DNA of 64,000 bases from an uncultured Acidobacteriota bacterium (GTDB lineage: Bacteria > Acidobacteriota > UBA6911 > RPQK01 > JAPXNP01), in NCBI GenBank assembly GCA_963777605.1, contig CAVZRV010000027.1:160001-224000 (forward strand), given 5' to 3'. Under the pieces are notes generated by a model. The model did not search any database. It was not told the origin of the DNA and saw only the letters and a list, made by a program, of their open reading frames with translations. Made by a program: the position numbers and the translations under genes. Of the stretch, positions 20,049-29,932 are shown one piece after another. Each line of letters opens with the position of its first letter. The first letter of the stretch is position 1.

Positions 20049-22895
20049 ATGAAGCCCGACACCTTTCCGACCGTTCGCCGGATCGTTCCGTCAGCCATTG
20101 TTCTCGTCATCATCATCTTCCTTTCGGCTCCCCTTCTTGCCCAGCGGGACCGCCTTTCGCTCGCGGGCGACTGGGCGTTTCAACTCGATCCCGACGATCA
20201 TGGCGCGGCCGGGGAGTGGTTTCTCCGGGATCTCTCCGACTCGGTCCGACTGCCCGGGACAACCGACACAAACCGGAAAGGTTACCCGTTGCGGCGCGAA
20301 GACATGTCCTACGGGATCGACGTGCTCAGGACGGTCTGGCCCGGCACCCAACCAGTGGAACGAGCGGACCGGTCCGGATACCTGGTCAGAGACTGGTTTT
20401 ACATCGGGAAAGCCTGGTACCAGCGGGCGATCGAGATCCCGGAATCGTGGAGCGGGAAGCGTGTCGAACTGCGGCTGGAACGGGTCCTCTGGGAGTCGAA
20501 AGTCTGGATCGACGGGCATTTTGCAGGCAGTTGCGACAGCCTCGTCACCGAGCACCGTTACTCTTTGGGGGCCCTGGCGCCCGGTCCGCACCGTATCACC
20601 ATCCGGGTCGACAACGGCCTGATCCACAATATCGGGATCATCGGTCACGCTTACGGTCCGGAAACTCAGACCCGCTGGAACGGGATCGTCGGCCGCATCG
20701 AACTGGAGGCAACGAGTCCGGTTTTCGTCGCCGACACGCAAGTTTATCCGTCTCCGGATCAGCGATCGGTCCGGGTCGTCAGCATCGCCCGGAACACGAC
20801 CTCCGGACCGGTTCCGGCCGAGTTCTCAGTGCACATCCTGGAAGCGGACTCCGGGCGAGATCTCGGCGGCGCCTCCGGCCGGATCGTGCTGGATTCCGGA
20901 TCCGACCAGAATATCGAACGCCGGGTTGACCTGAACCGGCCGGCAGATGCCTGGGGCGAATTCAATCCCTCACGCTACCGGGTCGAAGTCGAATTGCGTT
21001 CGCCGCAAACGGTTGACACCCGGACCCTGCACTTCGGGTTCCGGACGCTGGAATCGTCCCGGAAACAAATCCGGGTTAATGGCATCCCAGCCTTTCTAAG
21101 GGGAACTCTAAACTGCGCGGTGTTTCCAAGGACCGGGTACCCTCCGATGGACCTGGGAAGTTGGCTCACGATCCTTGGGCGAGTTCGCGAATATGGATTC
21201 AACCTGGTTCGCTTCCACTCATGGTGTCCTCCGGAAGAAGCATTCGAGGCCGCCGATCGTCTGGGAATTTACCTGGCTCCGGAAACGCCTTTCTGGGTCG
21301 ATAACTGGACCCGGGACACCTCGTCGCGACCAGGCCTCCTCGGAACGGACCCCGACGTCCTCGAATTTGTTCGGCGCGAGGTCGAGCGAATGAGCGATCG
21401 CTACGGAAATCACCCCTCGTTCGCCTTTTTCTGCATCGGCAACGAATTTGGCCTCGACACCGACTGGGACCTGGTTGAGCGCCTGCTGCGGGAATTCAAG
21501 GAAGCTGACCCGAGAAGACTCTACACGGCAACGACGGCGCGACGGACAGTGGCATCGGATGACTTCTGGGTCACCCACAAGTCGCAAACTCATCCAGCCA
21601 GGGGGGTGGGGCCGGCGCGAACAGATTGGGACTTTGCCCTGGCAGTTGCCGAGGCAACGCTTCCACTCCTCTCTCACGAAACTGGGCAACGCCCGGTTTT
21701 TCCCGACTATCCGGCGCTTCTTCCCAAGTTCATCGGCCCGCTGAAGCCGTACGACCTGGAGTACTACCGGGATCGCCTGGCCGAATCCGGCCGGGAGGGA
21801 CAACTCGATGATTTCGTTCGCGCTTCAGCCCAGTTCCAGCGCGTACTCTACAAGTCGGAACACGAAGGGATGCGCCGCACCCAAGGCCTGTCAGGCTACG
21901 AACTACTGATGCTGAACGACTTCACCGGCCAGAGTGAAGCGCTCGTGGGCATCCTCGACCCGTTCGGAGACGGGAAAGGGGTCACTTCTGTTTCCGACGT
22001 GCTGGAGTGGAACGGCGAAACCGCTATCCTGGCCCGGCTTCCGCGGTATCTCTGGACTGCCGGGGACGACCTCACCGCCGAATTCCGGGTATCCCACTTC
22101 GGCAGCCGCCCCCTCCCGGCCTCCGGGCTGGAGTGGTCCCTGAAGGACAAATCCACCGGATCGACCCTGGTCGCCGGATCGCTCGGTCCGGAGAGCCTGG
22201 AACCAGGCCGCATCTCAGACTTCGGAGAAATCAAAATCCCTCTCGCGGCGATCGAACGGCCCCTGGCGCTTGAACTCGAGGCCCGGATGGGTCTCTGTCA
22301 GAATCACTGGAATCTCTGGGTCTATCCGAGCGGCGATCCGGCCGAAGCTCCCCCCGGCGTGACCATATCGAGCAGACTCGACGGTCCCACGGTATCGGCT
22401 CTCGAGCAGGGTGAAAGCATCTTATTGACAGTACCCGGCCTGGAGGGCCCTCATGCCGCGAGGGGCACCTTTCTTCCGGTCTATTGGTCGGCAGGGTGGT
22501 GGGGAGGCCGCTTCTCATCCCTCGGCATCCTGTGTGATCCGAAGCACCCGGCACTGGCCGAGTTTCCGAACGATGGGCACTCCGACTGGCAGTGGTCCGA
22601 ACTGGCCGAAGGCGCAACCACGTTCCTGCTCGAGAACGTGCCCCCCGAACTCCAGCCGATTGTTCAGCTCGTGCCCGACTTCCACTACCCCGCCTTCCTG
22701 GCACCCCTGTTTGAAGTCCGGGTCGGGAGGGGACGACTGGTCGTTTGCGGCTTCGACCTTTCGAGCGACCTCGAGAACCGGCACGCCGCGCGCCAGCTGC
22801 GGGCGAGTCTCCTGCATTACATGGCGAGCCCCGCATTCGAACCTGCCGGCCGTGTTTCAGTTGAGTTCCTTCGAGGCCTGCTCCGTGAGAAGTGA
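20049..22895 (+). CDS. Secreted glycoside hydrolase family 2
   Basis: SLAGDWAF, AWYQR, FGFR, FLRG, VRFHSWCP, NHPS..IGNE and HETGQ; signal peptide. Confidence 0.88.
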   Translation: MKPDTFPTVRRIVPSAIVLVIIIFLSAPLLAQRDRLSLAGDWAFQLDPDDHGAAGEWFLRDLSDSVRLPGTTDTNRKGYPLRREDMSYGIDVLRTVWPGTQPVERADRSGYLVRDWFYIGKAWYQRAIEIPESWSGKRVELRLERVLWESKVWIDGHFAGSCDSLVTEHRYSLGALAPGPHRITIRVDNGLIHNIGIIGHAYGPETQTRWNGIVGRIELEATSPVFVADTQVYPSPDQRSVRVVSIARNTTSGPVPAEFSVHILEADSGRDLGGASGRIVLDSGSDQNIERRVDLNRPADAWGEFNPSRYRVEVELRSPQTVDTRTLHFGFRTLESSRKQIRVNGIPAFLRGTLNCAVFPRTGYPPMDLGSWLTILGRVREYGFNLVRFHSWCPPEEAFEAADRLGIYLAPETPFWVDNWTRDTSSRPGLLGTDPDVLEFVRREVERMSDRYGNHPSFAFFCIGNEFGLDTDWDLVERLLREFKEADPRRLYTATTARRTVASDDFWVTHKSQTHPARGVGPARTDWDFALAVAEATLPLLSHETGQRPVFPDYPALLPKFIGPLKPYDLEYYRDRLAESGREGQLDDFVRASAQFQRVLYKSEHEGMRRTQGLSGYELLMLNDFTGQSEALVGILDPFGDGKGVTSVSDVLEWNGETAILARLPRYLWTAGDDLTAEFRVSHFGSRPLPASGLEWSLKDKSTGSTLVAGSLGPESLEPGRISDFGEIKIPLAAIERPLALELEARMGLCQNHWNLWVYPSGDPAEAPPGVTISSRLDGPTVSALEQGESILLTVPGLEGPHAARGTFLPVYWSAGWWGGRFSSLGILCDPKHPALAEFPNDGHSDWQWSELAEGATTFLLENVPPELQPIVQLVPDFHYPAFLAPLFEVRVGRGRLVVCGFDLSSDLENRHAARQLRASLLHYMASPAFEPAGRVSVEFLRGLLREK

Positions 22896-24164
22896 ACGGC
22901 AAACCTGGTACTTGCCCAGAGACCCCGGCTCGAGGTCGCCGATCGTCCTTACGTCGACCTGGATCTGCCGGTTGAGAACAGCCGAAATGCGCGCCCTCAG
23001 CGTTTCCAGGCTATCCTCCGGGGGAGACAACAGCGGGACGAGTTCGACCGTCAGACGACCGTCGGCCTCTTGGGTCAGCCGGTACCGCTTGATCCAGGAG
23101 AATTCGTGTCCCAGTTCGAGGATCACGGCAAAAGGATGGACCTGACTTCCATCCGGGAGGCAAATTGCGTCTGCTTTGCGCCCCTGAATCCGCTCAATTG
23201 TGAGCCCCTCCCGACCACAGGGACAGCTGTCCGGGCCTCGAGTCAGAATGTCTCCGATCCGGTACCGGATAAAAGGCATGGCAAACGAGTGCAGTCCGGT
23301 GACGACCGCCTCCCCGCTCTCGCCGGGAGCGACCATCTTGCCGTCTTTCAGGATCTCCACAAAGATCGATTCCTCGTTAACATGCAGCAGGCCGCTGACG
23401 TTGCATTCCACCGCCATCTGGTTGAACTCGTGTGAGGCGTAGAGATCCAGCACCGGAATCCCGAAGCCCTCCTGGATCTGGTGCCGGGCATTCCGGGTCA
23501 ATGTCTCCCCTCCGACGAGGAGGCGTCTCAGGAACGGAAGCCGCCGCCCTCCGTTTCTCTCGGCGACCCTGGCGAGAATTTCGGGAAATGAAAGGATCAC
23601 GCTCGGCTTAAGGGCCAAGATTTCAGCCAAGATCCGTTCGGGAGGCTGGAGACAGTCGATCGGGACCTCCCGGTATGCACCCCACCTCTGCAGTAACGAA
23701 ATCCAACGAGGACGATGCCGGCTTGCAATGATGATCTTGAGCCGCACCAGACGATCACGGCGACTGACTCCCAGCCTGCGCCAGGCCAGCACCCTCAGGC
23801 AACTCAGAACACTTTCTTCAAAAAGGCTGCAGGCGATCGTCAGAGGCTGTCCCGAGGTCCCAGACGTGGATCGCTGAAAAAGCCGACTCCCTGAAAACTC
23901 GTCGGACAGCCGCTGTTCCAGTCCGGCCTGTTGGAAGTCCTCTCTGGACGTGACCGGGATTCGCTCCAGATCGGATTCGCTCCTGGTGCTTGAAACCTCA
24001 ATCCCGTGGCGCGAGAACAGCCTCCGGTAAAAGGGAACGTGGGCCGCCGCGTATCCGATCAGCCGCTGCAACTGTGCATCTCTGGCATCCCGGTTGACGG
24101 TTCCGGTCACCCGACCGGCGACCGTCAGCGATCGGCAGCTGAACATTCGCGCCTTCAACAGCAT
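22857..24164 (-). CDS. Phenylacetate-CoA ligase / CapK-like adenylate-forming enzyme
   Basis: VPFYR, STSGTSGQP, GGE, YASHE, TGLH..AMPFIRYRIGD and IQGR. Confidence 0.88.
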   Translation of the reverse strand: MLLKARMFSCRSLTVAGRVTGTVNRDARDAQLQRLIGYAAAHVPFYRRLFSRHGIEVSSTRSESDLERIPVTSREDFQQAGLEQRLSDEFSGSRLFQRSTSGTSGQPLTIACSLFEESVLSCLRVLAWRRLGVSRRDRLVRLKIIIASRHRPRWISLLQRWGAYREVPIDCLQPPERILAEILALKPSVILSFPEILARVAERNGGRRLPFLRRLLVGGETLTRNARHQIQEGFGIPVLDLYASHEFNQMAVECNVSGLLHVNEESIFVEILKDGKMVAPGESGEAVVTGLHSFAMPFIRYRIGDILTRGPDSCPCGREGLTIERIQGRKADAICLPDGSQVHPFAVILELGHEFSWIKRYRLTQEADGRLTVELVPLLSPPEDSLETLRARISAVLNRQIQVDVRTIGDLEPGSLGKYQVCRSLLTEQASKELN

Positions 24165-24191
24165 GGCTCGGTTACTGTCCCCTTACGAAAA

Positions 24192-25445
24192 TCAACATCG
24201 CTTCGCTTCAGCCACCCGGCGTCGTTCCATCATTGCGAGGACTGCGTCCGCCAGAGCCGATCCCATCGGCTGCCAGTTGCCGTCAACGAGATCAGCACAT
24301 TTCAACACAGGAAGTTTAAACCGCTCTTCAATCTCGGCCCGGACCATTGCATAGGCATCTTCATTGGCCAGAGGCCCGCTCAGGACCAGGGGAAGGCCAG
24401 GCAGCGAAAGGGCCGAGCGGATGAAGACAGCCGCGTGGGCGGCGGCCTCTGCGGTCGGATGGGCGCAGTATACCAACAGCCCCAGCCGGGATGAGAATCG
24501 TTCATCGCCAAGCAACGCCCAGTTCGACGAGTGGGCAATGTTGTCGGCCAATTCAATCACATGAAAATCTGGTTTCCTCCAGTTCAAGAAGGCATCCGTA
24601 TAACGGACACTCTCCTCGACGAACCGGGTGACACCCAGACTGACGTCCGAGACGACGCCAAGTCCGTCCACAAAATCACGTCCGTGATGGCTCTCGGGAG
24701 AGAACCGGAAGCTCACTGGAACTCCGTCAAGACTTTCACTCGGCGACGTCCCAAAACAGCAAAGCCAGTCCCTGCAACAGGCCGTACCCGACTTCTTCTC
24801 CACCGTCACGCGGAAGCCTCGTCCGGCAAGTTCCCTCGTCAGAGCCCGCGCACAGACCGTCTTTCCCGCATCGGTTCGGAATCCGGCGACGAGAATCCGA
24901 AACGGATCCGGCCCGCACGGGTCGGGACCGGGGGGAACCGTCTCCCGAAAATCTCTCAGGTTCAGCGGACGGTTTTCCCGATCCACGAGGACACCCCGTA
25001 CGTGAACGGGCACCTGCTGAAAATCTTCCCTGGCGAAATTCAGAAACCCGACGCAATTGGTCCCGAAAAGACTCTGGGCCCAGGTTCCTCCCCTGAGCTC
25101 ACCGTTCGGCTCCCCGGTGAGGGGATTGGTGAGCCCACCAATCACGTAAGGCGGTGCGTAGCGATTTCCGACAATTCCAATGCCGAGCCCCTCATGAATC
25201 ACTTCCCGGGACAGGACAATCTCGTCGTCATTCGGGCCAGGATACATGCGCTCCACCCAGTTCTGGCCATCCGGGCAGTCCCGCCCGGGAGGCTCAGGGA
25301 CATCGATGAAAACCAGGTCGTTCATCTCCGCCACTCGATCGGGGTCGTACGCCAACTCGTCCTGTCCCCAGAGAATCGTGCGGGCCCTGCGCAGGGCGCT
25401 GCCCAGCACCCACCGATCAAACTCGGGTCTGACCCGGCACCTCAT
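24192..25445 (-). CDS. Divergent DUF1611-like P-loop protein
   Basis: GNRYAP motif, Walker A-like VAGFRTDAGKT, K.SGT and DF.D.G..S. Its ATG overlaps the upstream stop (ATGA). Confidence 0.6.
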   Translation of the reverse strand: MRCRVRPEFDRWVLGSALRRARTILWGQDELAYDPDRVAEMNDLVFIDVPEPPGRDCPDGQNWVERMYPGPNDDEIVLSREVIHEGLGIGIVGNRYAPPYVIGGLTNPLTGEPNGELRGGTWAQSLFGTNCVGFLNFAREDFQQVPVHVRGVLVDRENRPLNLRDFRETVPPGPDPCGPDPFRILVAGFRTDAGKTVCARALTRELAGRGFRVTVEKKSGTACCRDWLCCFGTSPSESLDGVPVSFRFSPESHHGRDFVDGLGVVSDVSLGVTRFVEESVRYTDAFLNWRKPDFHVIELADNIAHSSNWALLGDERFSSRLGLLVYCAHPTAEAAAHAAVFIRSALSLPGLPLVLSGPLANEDAYAMVRAEIEERFKLPVLKCADLVDGNWQPMGSALADAVLAMMERRRVAEAKRC

Positions 25446-26749
25446 CGAGAGTTCCGCTCCTCTTCCACCATGCTCCGCGCCTGCTCCCCGCCGCCCGAAT
25501 CGACGAACCGAAGGTCGGGGCAAAAGTCACAGAGGACGGTGCGACGACAACTTGTGCAAACGCATCCCACGGTACCCCGCAAGCCGAAATAGACCCGGCT
25601 GACGTGATCGGTCGTGCGCCCCTTGAGCAGCACCAGGTCTCCGGGCCTGAGAACTCCGCCCAGTTCGACGGCAGCTTCCGGGACCGAAGTGAAGCAACTG
25701 ACCCCGGTCTCCGCCATTCCCTGATCGAGCAGCCTCCTTTTGCCGTACTCAGCACCTTCTCCGATCAGCACGCAATGATCGCACCGGCCCGGAAGCCGTT
25801 CGGCCAGGAACTTGCGCCGCGCGCGATGGTCTCCACGGAAATCGGAGAAGTCCGACAGCACCAGGACTCTCCGCCCAACCCGGGCCTCGGCCAGGACCGC
25901 CAGGGCCGCCTCCGTCGCCGTCCAACTGGCATTGTAATCGTCACGCAACATCGTCACACCGCCCGGCAGTTCCACCGGCTGGAGGCGGCCCGGAAATGGG
26001 ACCACCGACTCGACTGCAACAATGCAGTCCTGCAACGAAACCCCGCATGCCAACCCGGCAGCAGTCGCGCCCAGGACGGAGTAGACCCAGTGCGCGCCGA
26101 CCAACTGCGTCTTGACCGGAAGCGCTTTCCCGCCGGTTCTGATCGTGAATTCGAGTTTGCCGGGCCAGGAGGCCCTCACCTGCCCGGCCACTACATCCGC
26201 CTCGAAAGAACACCCAAAACTGATTCTGCGTCCGGTCCACCGGGAAAGGATACCAAGCACGCGGTCATCGTCGGCGTTGGCAACACAGGCTCCGTCCGGT
26301 CTTAATCCGGTCAGCAACTGCGCCTTCTCTTCTGCATGGGTGTCGAGGTCGGGAAAGGACGTCGAATGGGTCTTTCCGACACCGAGCAGCAACGCCACAT
26401 GCGGTCGCACCAGGCCGGCGAGAGCCGCCATCTGGCCAGGGCCCGAGACGCCGATTTCAATTACGGCATAGCGATGCCATGGTCTGACCCGCAGAAGCGT
26501 GCGGGGAACGCCGAAGCGATCGTTCTGATTCTCCAGCGTGGCCGCCGTCCGCGCCCGGCTGGCAAGAATTGTCCTCAGGTGCTCCTTGGCGGTGGTCTTT
26601 CCAAGGCTGCCGGTGACGGCGACGAATCGGGTCCGGATCAGCAACCGTCTCCAGACCCGGGCAACGCACCAGACCGCTGCGAGCGCAACCTTCCGGCCGC
26701 GCGGCGAAGTCCAGAGACGATACTTGAGATGTCCGAACACGCTCTTCAT
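25442..26749 (-). CDS. MurF-like Mur ligase lacking the N-terminal domain, with Cys-rich C-terminus
   Basis: AVTGSLGKTT, VIEIG, EEK, NADD, GRL, DDYNA and VLLKG; ends CVCTSCRRTVLCDFC. Confidence 0.85.
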   Translation of the reverse strand: MKSVFGHLKYRLWTSPRGRKVALAAVWCVARVWRRLLIRTRFVAVTGSLGKTTAKEHLRTILASRARTAATLENQNDRFGVPRTLLRVRPWHRYAVIEIGVSGPGQMAALAGLVRPHVALLLGVGKTHSTSFPDLDTHAEEKAQLLTGLRPDGACVANADDDRVLGILSRWTGRRISFGCSFEADVVAGQVRASWPGKLEFTIRTGGKALPVKTQLVGAHWVYSVLGATAAGLACGVSLQDCIVAVESVVPFPGRLQPVELPGGVTMLRDDYNASWTATEAALAVLAEARVGRRVLVLSDFSDFRGDHRARRKFLAERLPGRCDHCVLIGEGAEYGKRRLLDQGMAETGVSCFTSVPEAAVELGGVLRPGDLVLLKGRTTDHVSRVYFGLRGTVGCVCTSCRRTVLCDFCPDLRFVDSGGGEQARSMVEEERNSR

Positions 26750-26789
26750 ACCCTCAGAATCCGGACCACCTCGCCCACCCGGACGGGTG

Positions 26790-27884
26790 TCAGAACCGAT
26801 ACTCGGACAGCACCCGGTCAGTCAGCTTACAGCCGAGACCCGGCTCTTCCGGCAGGGTGTAGTAACCGTCTACCACCGAGACCGGATCCTCCCAGATGTC
26901 GTTGAGCGACTCGTAGCAGTGCTCCACCATGGGCACGTTCTCCGAAGCAGCCGCCAGTTGCACGTGAAGTTTCTGCTGAACATTGGTGTGGGGAACGACC
27001 TCCAGATTGTAGGCTCGCGCCAGGGCCGCAACATCCAACCACTCGTCGATGCCCATCAGCTTGGTGCAGTCCGCCTGAACCACATCGACAGCCCCCATCT
27101 CGATGTAGTCGCGAAAATCATATTTCGTGTAGATCGTTTCTCCTACGGCGATGGGGATGTGAATGGCCCTGGCGAGTTCGGCGTGCCCCCGCCTGTCGAA
27201 GGGGTGGAGCGGTTCCTCCAGCCAGGTGATGTCGAACTCCTCCAGCCTCCTTCCCCAGACCGATGCCGTCTTCAGATCCCAGACCGTGTTGGCATCGACC
27301 ATCAGCCGGACGTCTGGTCCAAGTGCCTTCCTGACCGATTTGACGCGATCGTAGTCTTCTCTCGGGTTGGGCAGGCCAATCTTCATCTTGACGGCGTCAA
27401 AACCACGGTCCACCAGCTTCGACATGTCCCGAACAAGGTCCTCGACCGACCAGGTGAGCCATCCCCCGTCAGTGTTGTACGCTTTCACCCTTTCACGGCA
27501 GGCGCCCAGGTACTTCCAAAGCGGCAGGCCGGCAACCTTGAGACGGATGTCCCAAAGGGCCATGTTGACGGCGCACAAACCCACCCGCGTGATTCCGACT
27601 CGACCGATGAAGTGGTTCTGCAGGTAGAGTTGACGCAACAGCGCCTTGTAGTGCATCGGGTCACTGCCGACCAGTACCGGAGCGTAGGTCTCATCAATGA
27701 TCACCTGGACTGCCCGAATCCCCTTGGAGTAGTTCCAGTTGAAGCCCCAACCGGAGATTCCTTCGTCGGTTTCGAGGCGGACCTGGACGAACTCCACGGC
27801 CTCCACAATCGATTGAGAATCGGTGATTGTGCGCTGGCGCAAGGGAACCCGGACGAGATAAGTGTCAACCTTCGAGATCTTCAT
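26790..27884 (-). CDS. Mandelate racemase-subgroup enolase-superfamily enzyme (probable acid-sugar dehydratase)
   Basis: ALWDI, KMK, DAN, EEP, GE, Q.D and PH catalytic/metal-ligand pattern; PGLG at the C-terminus. Confidence 0.88.
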   Translation of the reverse strand: MKISKVDTYLVRVPLRQRTITDSQSIVEAVEFVQVRLETDEGISGWGFNWNYSKGIRAVQVIIDETYAPVLVGSDPMHYKALLRQLYLQNHFIGRVGITRVGLCAVNMALWDIRLKVAGLPLWKYLGACRERVKAYNTDGGWLTWSVEDLVRDMSKLVDRGFDAVKMKIGLPNPREDYDRVKSVRKALGPDVRLMVDANTVWDLKTASVWGRRLEEFDITWLEEPLHPFDRRGHAELARAIHIPIAVGETIYTKYDFRDYIEMGAVDVVQADCTKLMGIDEWLDVAALARAYNLEVVPHTNVQQKLHVQLAAASENVPMVEHCYESLNDIWEDPVSVVDGYYTLPEEPGLGCKLTDRVLSEYRF

Positions 27885-27894
27885 GCAGGACCTC

Positions 27895-29256
27895 TCATCT
27901 GAACAGCGAAATGCAGGTGTGTACAGCCATGAAACCTATCGAGACAATACTGGCCCATAGCGCAAAGTCGTAGAAGGCACGCGGTTTGAGCCGGGGATCC
28001 GTGAACCGGTAGCGGAAGATTACCGCCTGGTAGGCAACCACAATCAGGTAGAGTGCGTTGCTGATTCCCATAAAGACCACCAGAAGAAGCGGTTTCTGGA
28101 CGAAGAGGTAGATCGCACCGCAAATCGCCGGGAAGGCGCAGGTCATGATCATGATGCTCTTACGCCTCTGGCCTTCCCGGTACCAGTCAATCCAGCCGCA
28201 GAGGCCGAAGAAATCGGTCCAGAGCCTGGAGAACGCCGCCGTGTTGGCAAAAATCGTCGAAAAAAGGACCGTGAAGGCGCAGAGCATGAACGCTCCCCGG
28301 GTTCCCTCACCCAGGACATCGGTGAACAAGGCCGAGAGCTGGAGAATAAAGTCGTTGCCGTCGGCCAGGACCGGTCGCGCCCGAAGTACCGTCGCGCCGA
28401 GGATGTAGAACCCGGCCGTCGCGAAGGTGTAGATCAGCATCGACAGCATCGCATCGAGCGTCATCACCCGGATCCACCCCCGGGCTCTCCGGGCCCAAGC
28501 CTCCGAGTCATCGCGCGGCCCCGTCCAGGAAGCGTATCCCTTCTCGAGGCACCAGTACGGGTACATCGAAATTTCACCTGAGGCAATGCCGGTGATTCCG
28601 AATGCGGCGATCGCGAGCGGGATCGCTTCCCGGGGCAACTGGAATGTCAAGCCGGCTAGAAGGTCGCCGAGTGAAAACGCGTACCTGGTCTCCTGAACCG
28701 AAACGACACAGTAGATTATGGCCCCAACGAACAACACATTGAGGATGGTCGCGATCCCCTCGACCGGCCCGTAACGGCCCCGAATCTGAAGTCCGGCGAT
28801 CAGCAGGACCAGCAACCCGACCGACAGGCCGACCGAAATCGTTGGAATGACGTAGGTCCCGACCTGGGCCGCCCCCCCGATGACGCCTGCCTGCCCGCCG
28901 AACGTGGAGATCATGTAGAGTACGCCGGCCCAGACCGACCAGTGGACCGGACCCAACCGCGTCCGCCCGACCCGGTTCCAGGCCTGGTAGGTGGGCAAGC
29001 CATAGACGATTGCAAAGCGCCCGAACTCCAACTGAACCGCCACCTTGACGAGGCAACCGAACAGGACGATCCAGAGCAGGACGAATCCCGCCTTCGCGCC
29101 GAGAGAAGTCGTGGCGATCAACTCGCCCGAACCGACAATCGCCGCCGAGAGAATCAGTCCGGGTCCGATGAAGCGGAGTCCCGAAAGGGTTCCAGACGGC
29201 GGTTCGCGGGTCTGACCAGCAGTCCCCGTGACTTCTCCGGTTCCGGCAACATCCAT
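27895..29256 (-). CDS. Nramp/MntH-related membrane transporter
   Basis: GPGLILSAAIVGSGELI and YPYWCLEKGY; about 11 TM helices. Confidence 0.75.
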   Translation of the reverse strand: MDVAGTGEVTGTAGQTREPPSGTLSGLRFIGPGLILSAAIVGSGELIATTSLGAKAGFVLLWIVLFGCLVKVAVQLEFGRFAIVYGLPTYQAWNRVGRTRLGPVHWSVWAGVLYMISTFGGQAGVIGGAAQVGTYVIPTISVGLSVGLLVLLIAGLQIRGRYGPVEGIATILNVLFVGAIIYCVVSVQETRYAFSLGDLLAGLTFQLPREAIPLAIAAFGITGIASGEISMYPYWCLEKGYASWTGPRDDSEAWARRARGWIRVMTLDAMLSMLIYTFATAGFYILGATVLRARPVLADGNDFILQLSALFTDVLGEGTRGAFMLCAFTVLFSTIFANTAAFSRLWTDFFGLCGWIDWYREGQRRKSIMIMTCAFPAICGAIYLFVQKPLLLVVFMGISNALYLIVVAYQAVIFRYRFTDPRLKPRAFYDFALWASIVSIGFMAVHTCISLFR

Positions 29257-29418
29257 AGGCTGACTCCACTCTCCTCCTGCCCTCCGACAACAAATGAATG
29301 TCCGCATAATGGCGCAATCCCGGGCCAATTGCCAGTATCCGCGATTTGACAGGAAAACTGATGTGTGAAAGGGTCGGAAGTCAAGTCCATCTACATCAAC
29401 GAATCGGAAGGAAGAATC

Positions 29419-29840
29419 ATGATAACAAAGGTTCCACAGTCACGATTCATTACACGCTCACTGTGGACGATCAGCAGGTCGAGAGTTCCTTTCAGAAGGA
29501 GCCGCTGACCTACCAGCACGGCGAAGGGCAGTTGATCCAGGGGTTGGAAAAACAGCTCGAAGGCCTCGGAGATGGAGACGTCCGGGAAATCACGGTGGAT
29601 CCGGAGAACGCCTACGGGAACCCGGTTCCCGAGAACATTGTCTCGGTTCAGAAATCGGCCTTTGGTACCCCCGAGGAAATCAACGTGGGCGCCTTCGTCG
29701 AAGGAAAGACCCAGGACGGCCAGCCGTTTCGGGCCCGCGTCGCCGAAGAACGGGATGAGGCCTTCGTCCTCGATCTGAACCACCCACTGGCCGGAAAAAC
29801 CCTCGAATTCAAAGTCGAGGTCGTCTCGGTCAATCCCTAG
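29419..29840 (+). CDS. slyD: FKBP-type peptidyl-prolyl isomerase (SlyD-like, no His tail); probable 1-nt indel just after the ATG
   Basis: HYTL, HG.GQLIQGLE, AYG and DLNHPLAGKTLEFKVEV. The ATG at 29419 is one base out of frame at an A run. Confidence 0.85.
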
Positions 29841-29864
29841 TCCCCCTCCCACCACCCGTCATCA

Positions 29865-29906
29865 ACGGCCCCGAGCCCTGAATCGAAACATTCGGGGCCG
29901 TATTTC
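29865..29906 (+). terminator. Stem-loop after slyD
   Basis: ACGGCCCCGA / TCGGGGCCGT inverted repeat followed by ATTTC. Confidence 0.4.
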
Positions 29907-29932
29907 ATCTGAATACAACAGAAACGGAGTAA

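Noticed and set aside
24192-27884. DgcN/DgcA D-glutamate catabolic pair
   Set aside because: The enolase-family protein has the His/Asp mandelate-racemase pattern rather than the Lys-Lys epimerase pattern, and is not adjacent to the DUF1611-like gene.
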